Shown here: positions 57,004 through 64,000 of the stretch, piece by piece
Layout of the letters: every line of letters begins with the position of its first letter
Numbering within the stretch: position 1 is the first letter of the stretch
From: a virus
Strand: one strand, 5' to 3'
DNA length: 64,000 nt
IMG/VR virus record: IMGVR_UViG_3300032397_000001
Translations under genes and position numbers: made by a program
Notes under the pieces: generated by a model
Database searches by the model: none
What the model saw: the letters and a program-made list of their open reading frames with translations, nothing else
Told to the model about the DNA's origin: nothing

Positions 57004-59032
57004 AGAAGCTCTTATTTATGATAGATACTCTATAAGAGAACCAAAAACAGGAAAACGCTTAGAGCGTACATTTGATGATGTTGGTAATCGTATTGCAACT
57101 TATTTAACAGATGCAAAACGTAATTTTCCAATCTCAAAAGATCTTGTTGCTGCGTCACTTGCATTTCTCTTACAGCGCAAAGTAATGCTGGCTACTCCAG
57201 CGTTAATGAATTTAGGTAATCCATTCTCCCGCCGCCTTGGTTATTATTCCTGCTACCCTTTAGGGCCCATCCCTGATACCACCAGTGAAATTCTCAAATA
57301 TTTATGTTCATGTGCATCTATCTTTCAGTTTGCAGGAGGTTCTGGTCTTGATTTTTCTCTTTTGCGTGGACGTGATGCCCCTGTAGATAATTTTCAAGGT
57401 TTGAGTTCCGGTGTCTGCGGATTTATCCCCATGTTTGCATCTGTTGCTGGGAGCATTTCTCAAGGTGGTAAACGTAGAGGTGCAATGCTCGGACAATTAG
57501 ATTCTACTCATCCAGACATTTATGAGGTTGTGCAACTCAAACGTACTCGTCGAGATCTAGGATCAATAAACATTTCAGTAAACGTTCAAGATGGATTCTT
57601 CGAAGACAAAGAGCTAGTAAGAGAGATCGCAAAGTCAATGTGGACGTCGGGAGATCCAGGTCTATTATTTCCTTCTGAGATGAGTTCAAATTCACCGTAT
57701 CCTGAGGACATCAAACCTTTAGTTCGATATGTTAATCCCTGTGGAGAATTTTGTTCACCACCTTTCAGTGTTTGTAATCTAGTCACTATTGGTGCACTCG
57801 CTGCAGAATCATATTCAGACTTTGAAGAGTTAGGGTATTATGCAGCGCATTTAGGTAATATGGTTGTTTGGATTACCTTATCTAATAATGGGGAGGGCTT
57901 ACCTTTTGAATCTCCTCATTTCAAGGAGTTTTATAATAGTGTTAAATCATTACGTCCAGTAGGTGTGGGGCTTACAGGTCTTGCTGAGTATTTGCTTTCA
58001 AAAGGCTTCTCTTATACTAATCTAGGCGCGATCCACGAGATCTATGCTGCATTAGCTCGTGGTACTTTGAAGGCTTCTCATGAATGGTTTCAAGCGACAA
58101 AAGAAGAAGCTTTATGGGACGAAAAATATAAAGATAAGCATCTTGCAGAGGTTTCATACGGACGTGATAAATGTGACAAGTTCTGGAATACAACTACTTT
58201 ATGTCAGGCTCCTGCAGGATCTGTATCTCAGTTTTTACGTATGGTGTCAACAGGGATAGAACCATTAGAGTCATTTGAAGTGAATCGTAAATTCAAGAAA
58301 CCTGATGGATCCTTTGGTTCTGTTCATCTCACTTCTCGTGTAAAGAAAAAGGGAGTTGAATTAGGTAAGGTATCTATTGAAGATCAATTGAGCGTTGTTT
58401 CTGTTATTCAAAGTATACTTCATACGTCAGCAAGCAAAACGATAAATGTACCACGTGAAACAACTGTTGAAGAAATTGAGGAACTGATTTACAGAGCACG
58501 ATCATTACGCCTTAAGGGGCTAACAGTTTTCCGTGAAGGTTGTGTATTAGAATCAATAGTTACCGATGCTTCAACTGGAGACGGCCTTGAAGACGTTCGA
58601 GCGGGTAAAACGTTTAAGTGGAAAGCACCTTCGGGCCATCCAAATCTATACATTACAACGAACTTTGATAAAAGGAGTTTGTTGAAGGAAGTATTTATAT
58701 CAATTGGTCAGAGTGGGAGCGAAGTGAATTCTTTGAGCACAGGAATGGGTAGATTAGCCTCTCTTGCACTTCAAGCAGGAGCCAAACCCGATCTGATTGT
58801 AAAAGCGTTGTCAAACAATGACTCAGGGAGTTCTTATTCAAATTCATTAGGACAGCGTGCCGCTTCTATTTGTGAAGCTGTTGCTCGAACTCTATTGGCC
58901 TTGTCGAATCTGAAAGGGGAATCTAATAGTGGAGATGAAATCTTTGATATTTGTCCAACATGTCAACACTTCACTTTAGCTCGTTTGGGTAACTGTAAAC
59001 AATGTAAACGATGTAATTACACAACCTGCTGA
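56963..59032 (+). CDS. nrdJ: class II (B12-dependent) ribonucleotide reductase with C-terminal TSCPD/Zn region
   Basis: ATPALMN, SCY, QGGKRRGA, GDPG, NPCGE, CNL, APAGSVS, SKTIN, KGLTVFR, C-terminal CxxC...CxxC; no beta subunit nearby. Confidence 0.88.
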   Translation: MKKQQQLEGWDDLEEALIYDRYSIREPKTGKRLERTFDDVGNRIATYLTDAKRNFPISKDLVAASLAFLLQRKVMLATPALMNLGNPFSRRLGYYSCYPLGPIPDTTSEILKYLCSCASIFQFAGGSGLDFSLLRGRDAPVDNFQGLSSGVCGFIPMFASVAGSISQGGKRRGAMLGQLDSTHPDIYEVVQLKRTRRDLGSINISVNVQDGFFEDKELVREIAKSMWTSGDPGLLFPSEMSSNSPYPEDIKPLVRYVNPCGEFCSPPFSVCNLVTIGALAAESYSDFEELGYYAAHLGNMVVWITLSNNGEGLPFESPHFKEFYNSVKSLRPVGVGLTGLAEYLLSKGFSYTNLGAIHEIYAALARGTLKASHEWFQATKEEALWDEKYKDKHLAEVSYGRDKCDKFWNTTTLCQAPAGSVSQFLRMVSTGIEPLESFEVNRKFKKPDGSFGSVHLTSRVKKKGVELGKVSIEDQLSVVSVIQSILHTSASKTINVPRETTVEEIEELIYRARSLRLKGLTVFREGCVLESIVTDASTGDGLEDVRAGKTFKWKAPSGHPNLYITTNFDKRSLLKEVFISIGQSGSEVNSLSTGMGRLASLALQAGAKPDLIVKALSNNDSGSSYSNSLGQRAASICEAVARTLLALSNLKGESNSGDEIFDICPTCQHFTLARLGNCKQCKRCNYTTC

Positions 59033-59106
59033 GACTCCCTCCTATACATTTCCGTTCAATAATCTTTTTGAGATAAGGATCCTTCTACTCAAAAATAGGA
59101 GAGGGA

Positions 59107-59517
59107 GTGATGCCAACATATAAAAATGAAACAGTAAATAGTATCGCTTCTGACGGTGTCTTTTTTTTATCTGGTGCTACTCATAGTGTAAAAAGACAAC
59201 TGTCTAATCCTCTACTAACCAAAATTTTGGATGAGCCTTTCGCTAATCATGGGATCCTCGATTATGACGATTTGACATTTACAGGAGTTGAAACTCAGGA
59301 GATCACAGATATCAAAGAATGGGCCCAAAGCCTGGAATTCATGAATGTTGATGGAGGGCCTTTTACTGTTTATATTGACGATGAAGGTAATGTTCCTGGA
59401 CGTGTGTTGAGAGAAGGCGATTACGTTCTGGAAGAAATTACTTTGAAAGCAATCGCTAAGCTAGTAATCATTTCTGATGATGCTGGCACTTTAACAGTTC
59501 GTCAATTGGGAGGTTAG
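59107..59517 (+). CDS. putative virion protein
   Basis: starts a new gene block; beta-rich. Confidence 0.55.
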   Translation: MMPTYKNETVNSIASDGVFFLSGATHSVKRQLSNPLLTKILDEPFANHGILDYDDLTFTGVETQEITDIKEWAQSLEFMNVDGGPFTVYIDDEGNVPGRVLREGDYVLEEITLKAIAKLVIISDDAGTLTVRQLGG

Positions 59518-59518
59518 T

Positions 59519-59884
59519 ATGCAGACATCATCTCATATTTATTATCGTGATCCTTGGCTTAGTAAAGCAAAGAAAAAATTCACTTCGCATGAATGCACCA
59601 CCGACTCTACTTCTTTTGACGTTGACACGTTTTCTGCCAGCGATCTGAATGCTTGTCACTGGTCATATGTGGTTGTGAATGGTGACAACGTACGTAGTGG
59701 CAGTCTCATGGCAGCCTGGAATGGTTTAGTTATTACACTCACTGACCTTTCTACGTACGAGAACGAAGTAGGCAATACTACCGATATTCAGTTTACGGCA
59801 GTATTGTATGATGGAAATGTTATTTTACGTTCTATTCAAACTCTGGTATGGATTATTAAGTACACTAGAGATATGTTGGTATAA
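59519..59884 (+). CDS. putative virion/fibre-associated protein
   Basis: VDTFSASD...WSYVVVNGDNVRSG pattern. Confidence 0.55.
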   Translation: MQTSSHIYYRDPWLSKAKKKFTSHECTTDSTSFDVDTFSASDLNACHWSYVVVNGDNVRSGSLMAAWNGLVITLTDLSTYENEVGNTTDIQFTAVLYDGNVILRSIQTLVWIIKYTRDMLV

Positions 59885-59896
59885 GGAGTTCCTATC

Positions 59897-62800
59897 ATGT
59901 TTCGTAAAACATTTTTTTTACTTCTAGTAGTCTTCTTATCTTTCTTAACAAGCCCGAGCTTAGCTCAGCAACTTCGCGATGTGCGGGTAAGTGGTTATTT
60001 ACGCCTTGGTGATACCGTTGATGCTACGGTGGCTAACCTGCGTTATCATAATGGACATTTTGAAGGTTATTCTGGTAGTGGTTGGGCACAACTTGATGGC
60101 TATTTTGGCCATGGTTCATTGATTGATTTAACTTCTTCCGATGCCCATACACAGTATGCACTTTTAGTTGGACGTTCTGGTGGTCAAACTTTATATGGCA
60201 GTTCTTTAGCTAGTGAGAATTTAACTCTTAATGCTACGTCTAATGCAACTCCTGGCAAAGTTATAGTAAATTCTATAGTTAATGGTACTGTACATATCAA
60301 TCCTAATTTTGGATATCTTAATATAGGCCCTTATTCCGATCTTAGTTCTCCTTCATTTTTATTTATAAATCGTGATGGAGGATTATCTAGTCCATTAATT
60401 CGTAGTTATGTAGCGAGTAGTCAAGGTAATGCGATTGTTTCTCAACGTGCTAGAGGTTCTTTAGCTTCTCCTTCTTCTTCTCTCTCGGGCGATGTTATTT
60501 TTTCCTTTGGTGGAGAAGGTTATAATGGTAGTGCTTGGACGGGAGATAATAGTGCAGTTGAACAATTTGTAGCATCTGGGGATTTTGGATTAAAACAATA
60601 TCCAACTAAAATTTGTATGGCTACTACGGCCCCTGGTGCTACTACTCGATCGATTAATTGGTCTCTTTCTGATTGGGGTCGTGTAGGAATAGGTTCAGAT
60701 CAACAGTCTATCTCTACTTTCTATGTGCGTTCACAGGTTGTTTTTGATTTTGTTTATTATTATAATGGATCAACATTTACTAGTAGAAGTGCTGAAAGTA
60801 AGACTACATTTGGGACACCTTTTATTATCCTTAGTGATAATGATGATTATCTTTATGTTAGTGGTATTGCGACTACAAATGGACAATTTACTACTGTATA
60901 TTTTGATCTTGCTACTATTGGGGCTGGGGTAACTTTAGTTAAAGAATATTGGAATGGTTCTATATGGACGGCCCTTTCTGTTACTGATGGTACTTCTAAC
61001 TTAACACAATCAGGAGCAATTACGTTTACTGCTCCTACTAATTGGGAATTAACTACTGTTAATACATATAATCGTTATTGGGTTAGATTTTCCACAACTT
61101 CTAATCCTGGAGTATCTCCAACTTGTAATTATATGTTGGCTGAGAATGTTCCTCGGTTATATATTCTTGCTAATTATGCTGATGATACTCCTTCATTAAA
61201 GGTTGGTCATAATGCTCAAGTTTCTTTATATTATGGAACAGGTATTAATGAATTCTCAACTGATGGTACTTTGGGTGGTAATTCTGACTTAGCATTGCCT
61301 ACAGAAAAAGCTGTTAAAACTTATGTAGATAGTTCCACAGGAAGTCAGTATCTTTTAGCTAATGGTACTCGTCCGCTTACTGGTGCATGGAATGCTGGAA
61401 ATTATGTTATTACAGCAGGTGGTTTTAGTTTACGTAGTGCAGAAGTAACTTTAGCTAATATTACTTCGCCAGCTGATGGACAGTTTACATTTGCCCCACA
61501 ATCAGCAAATATTGATACTACATTCAATTTTACAGGTACTACCTACTCCGGGATACTCAAATGGATGGAAGATGAAAATGCTTTCGTCTTCGAAGATCAA
61601 GTCCTTATCGGTATAAGTGCTTGGGCTCCACCCGCAATTTCTTTGGTAGTTTCGGATCCGTTTGCGTTTGGAGTTGCAGTTCATGATACCATTGGGATCC
61701 GTGCAGGGTTGAGTGGGGGTAACAATACGCTCCCATCGAGTCTTGGTGGGATTACATGGCTTCAAACCGCAGATCCAACGAAGGACCCAAGGATCCAGTA
61801 CGTTATCGACAACCCGGGGTCCTTCAGTTACGGGCATCTAGAATTCTGGGCAAGACTTGGTACTGGGTTATCCCAGGAGGTCTTCCGGGTTGGTGGTACA
61901 GGAGTTGTTACGTTCACTCCTCCTGCCGATACAGACCTGACTTTCAACTTTATGGGAACGACCAACTCCGGGTTACTCAAGTGGATGGAAGATGAAAATG
62001 CTTTCTACTTTGCAAATAATATGGGTATTGGTACAACTACTCCAACACAATATGCAAGATTACATGTTAAAAGCGATGATCATACACTTATAGTTTGTGA
62101 AGCTCCAACTGGTTATACAGCACAGTTTGAATTAATGAAGGCAGGGGCTAAGGTTTGGTCTATGCTCTCTCCTGCAAATTCGACCGATTTACAATTTGAT
62201 AATACTGCGGTTAGAGCAACCATCACTGCTGCTGGTAATATGGGTATTGGTACAACTACTCCAATACAATATGCAAGATTACATGTTAAAAGCGATGATC
62301 ATACAGTTATAGTTTGTGAAGCTCCAACTGGTTATACAGCGGGGTATCAACTTTTTAAATCTGGTGTAAAAGCATGGTCTATAGAAACTCAGGCAAATTC
62401 GACCGATTTACGATTTTTTAATACTGAGGATAGAGTAACCATCACTGCTGCTGGTAATATGGGTATTGGTACAACTACTCCAATTGCTAATGCAAGATTG
62501 CATGTTAAAAGCGATATTGATACAGTTATAGCTTGTGAAGCTCCAACTGGTTATACAACACAGTTTGAATTAAGGAAGGCAGGGGATAAGGTTTGGTCTG
62601 TATATATTCCTGCAAATTCGACCAATTTACAATTTTATAGTGGGGTAACTACTGCGGTTAGAGCAACCATCACTGCTGCTGGTAATATGGGTATTGGTAC
62701 AACTACTCCTAATTCACCATTAGATGTTGTCGGGACAACGCAAACAGACATCTTGAGAATCGACGACGCTGCCGGAACGACATATATGAGCAGCGGGACT

Positions 62801-62917
62801 GGTACCATCAAAATGGCAAACACGAGGAACGCCGACAACTCGATATGGATACGCATTAACATCAACGGGTCCGACTACTATTTCCCTGCATGGACAACCG
62901 CGTGGCCGCCACCATAA
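59897..62917 (+). CDS. tail-fibre/adhesin-like protein with N-terminal signal peptide and GxMGIGTTTP repeats
   Basis: 1006 aa; INEFSTDGTLGGNSD...PTEKAVKTYVD; NMGIGTTTP x4. Confidence 0.75.
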   Translation: MFRKTFFLLLVVFLSFLTSPSLAQQLRDVRVSGYLRLGDTVDATVANLRYHNGHFEGYSGSGWAQLDGYFGHGSLIDLTSSDAHTQYALLVGRSGGQTLYGSSLASENLTLNATSNATPGKVIVNSIVNGTVHINPNFGYLNIGPYSDLSSPSFLFINRDGGLSSPLIRSYVASSQGNAIVSQRARGSLASPSSSLSGDVIFSFGGEGYNGSAWTGDNSAVEQFVASGDFGLKQYPTKICMATTAPGATTRSINWSLSDWGRVGIGSDQQSISTFYVRSQVVFDFVYYYNGSTFTSRSAESKTTFGTPFIILSDNDDYLYVSGIATTNGQFTTVYFDLATIGAGVTLVKEYWNGSIWTALSVTDGTSNLTQSGAITFTAPTNWELTTVNTYNRYWVRFSTTSNPGVSPTCNYMLAENVPRLYILANYADDTPSLKVGHNAQVSLYYGTGINEFSTDGTLGGNSDLALPTEKAVKTYVDSSTGSQYLLANGTRPLTGAWNAGNYVITAGGFSLRSAEVTLANITSPADGQFTFAPQSANIDTTFNFTGTTYSGILKWMEDENAFVFEDQVLIGISAWAPPAISLVVSDPFAFGVAVHDTIGIRAGLSGGNNTLPSSLGGITWLQTADPTKDPRIQYVIDNPGSFSYGHLEFWARLGTGLSQEVFRVGGTGVVTFTPPADTDLTFNFMGTTNSGLLKWMEDENAFYFANNMGIGTTTPTQYARLHVKSDDHTLIVCEAPTGYTAQFELMKAGAKVWSMLSPANSTDLQFDNTAVRATITAAGNMGIGTTTPIQYARLHVKSDDHTVIVCEAPTGYTAGYQLFKSGVKAWSIETQANSTDLRFFNTEDRVTITAAGNMGIGTTTPIANARLHVKSDIDTVIACEAPTGYTTQFELRKAGDKVWSVYIPANSTNLQFYSGVTTAVRATITAAGNMGIGTTTPNSPLDVVGTTQTDILRIDDAAGTTYMSSGTGTIKMANTRNADNSIWIRININGSDYYFPAWTTAWPPP
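62018..62709 (+). repeat. three tandem intragenic repeats of 219, 219 and 228 bp
   Basis: AATATGGGTATTGGTACAACTACTCC at 62018, 62237, 62456, 62684. Confidence 0.95.
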
Positions 62918-62928
62918 GGAGAAGAGAC

Positions 62929-63177
62929 ATGACAAGATTAGTAATTATCTTTTGTACTCTATTTTGTTTATGGTCGAGTATTGTATTAGCAGAAGATGCA
63001 AATTTACCAAAGCCAGAACCTGAAAAAGTTCCAACAATTCAGGAACTTGATGGGCGTATTCAGCAGCTTGAAGCAGAAATTTATCGATTGCAAGGGTTCA
63101 AGGCCGCATTGGAAATGATAGAAAAACATAAGCAAATACAGCCTGAGGCATCTCCTGATAAAAACAAAAAAAAATAG
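62929..63177 (+). CDS. signal-peptide plus coiled-coil protein (fibre chaperone position)
   Basis: AAGGAG RBS; IQELDGRIQQLEAEI. Confidence 0.7.
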   Translation: MTRLVIIFCTLFCLWSSIVLAEDANLPKPEPEKVPTIQELDGRIQQLEAEIYRLQGFKAALEMIEKHKQIQPEASPDKNKKK

Positions 63178-63504
63178 TTAATCATCACAACAAGAAGGCT
63201 AGATCTTTGTGGAGTTGCAGCTACACTTAAGGTTTCAGGACTAGAAGTAGGGGTTGGACGTTTACAATATATAGGTATTGCTGCAGCCGATTTCGTAGAC
63301 GGAGGAAAAGTAAGTGTCGTACATTCAGGAGCTGCAAGGGGAATTGCTTCAATGACTTTCAATCCTATTTATCTTGTAACAGAAGCCCGAGATGCTATCT
63401 CTGCTATAAATGTTCCAGTTACTTATAGTGGATATATTATTGTAAAAGATTTGAGTACTGATACGCGTATGGCACTTGGAGGCCTTATTGCATTAACTAT
63501 ATAA
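63178..63504 (+). other. start-less 108-codon open frame directly after TAG 63175
   Basis: no stop until TAA 63502; first ATG only at 63352; protein-like composition. Confidence 0.5.
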
Positions 63505-63520
63505 TAAAAGGAATAAGAGC

Positions 63521-64000
63521 ATGCTTCTCAAACCAAAACAAAAAGAGGCTTCTTTCATCAGTTTAGACGAACCTTTTCAGAGTCGTAGAAAAGATAGTAT
63601 CACAGCTATCGCTCTTCTGAATTCGCTGGTAGATAAGGAACTATCCCAAATAATTACAATCTCAAAAGATTTCCAGTCTACAGGAAGTTGGGCATGGATC
63701 GAACTTTATAATGATGGCAATTACCAAATTTTGGAAGTATGGACAAAAGATGAAAGTTGTCAAGAAATGTCTTGTCATTCTCACATTCAACATGAAGTCT
63801 TTATTTTGTTAGAGGGATCAGTAGAAATTCGTTCTCAGGTCGGAAGTCGAACCACTTCAGATCTGTTAGATAGACCATTTTCTTCGTGTTGGGTTGAAGC
63901 TGGGATAACTCACAGTGTTATCCCCAGTTCTCAGGCTCGGTTGCTGATAATATGTGTGCCACCTATTCCAGAGTTCAAGGAGGCTGGAGATTGTAGTGGT
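63521..64000 (+). CDS. cupin-domain protein (runs off the window end)
   Basis: CHSHIQHEVFILLEGSVEI...VEAGITHSV...ARLLIICVPP. Confidence 0.75.
   Translation, partial: MLLKPKQKEASFISLDEPFQSRRKDSITAIALLNSLVDKELSQIITISKDFQSTGSWAWIELYNDGNYQILEVWTKDESCQEMSCHSHIQHEVFILLEGSVEIRSQVGSRTTSDLLDRPFSSCWVEAGITHSVIPSSQARLLIICVPPIPEFKEAGDCSG

Noticed and set aside
62018-62709. DGR target in the fibre gene
   Set aside because: All repeats are in-frame coding and the differences are not adenine-restricted
63160-63177. Programmed frameshift at the A9 run (tail-chaperone style)
   Set aside because: Both shifted frames close within about 20 codons; only the zero frame continues
478-63362. Minus-strand ORFs in the track
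   Set aside because: They are short, nearly all shadow + strand genes, and show no recognisable motifs
1-64000. Genome-wide stop-codon reassignment (code 15 or 4)
   Set aside because: Long conserved genes are intact in code 11, and TAG, TGA and TAA all terminate well-defined genes

Overview
This window is a 64-kb slice of a large, AT-rich tailed dsDNA phage genome. Essentially all credible genes are on the + strand and tightly coupled, and the standard genetic code is used. No terminase, capsid, polymerase, integrase, tRNA or CRISPR array is visible. Layout: (1) 31-9695, tail/baseplate genes, two carrying CAP/SCP domains; (2) 9700-15170, a block of small early-type genes bracketed by non-coding short-repeat arrays, resembling a genome-end (terminal repeat) or origin region; (3) 15175-24862, exported Fn3/Ig-like proteins, lysis genes (holin-like, NlpC/P60), a Fis-HTH/AT-hook protein, SAM decarboxylase and a methyl-/glycosyltransferase cluster; (4) 25222-39026, early/middle hypotheticals including a DnaJ-like, a SLOG and a PRTase gene; (5) about 39350-50150, the most striking part: a GC-richer array of roughly 30 small genes joined by a repeated ~21-bp junction (GAGAAGGAGGAGAAGCCATGA) and built from short conserved DNA boxes separated by unrelated variable segments, with orphan, out-of-frame and decayed box copies that point to DNA-level module shuffling; (6) 50216-59032, nucleotide metabolism (nucleotidyltransferase, QueE-like, 5'-3' exonuclease, dNMP kinase-like, class II RNR); (7) 59107-64000, virion genes including a signal-peptide-bearing fibre with 73-aa repeats. 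All family calls are by motif recognition by eye, not database search. The host is unknown; a Gram-negative anaerobe such as Desulfobacterota is only a weak guess.
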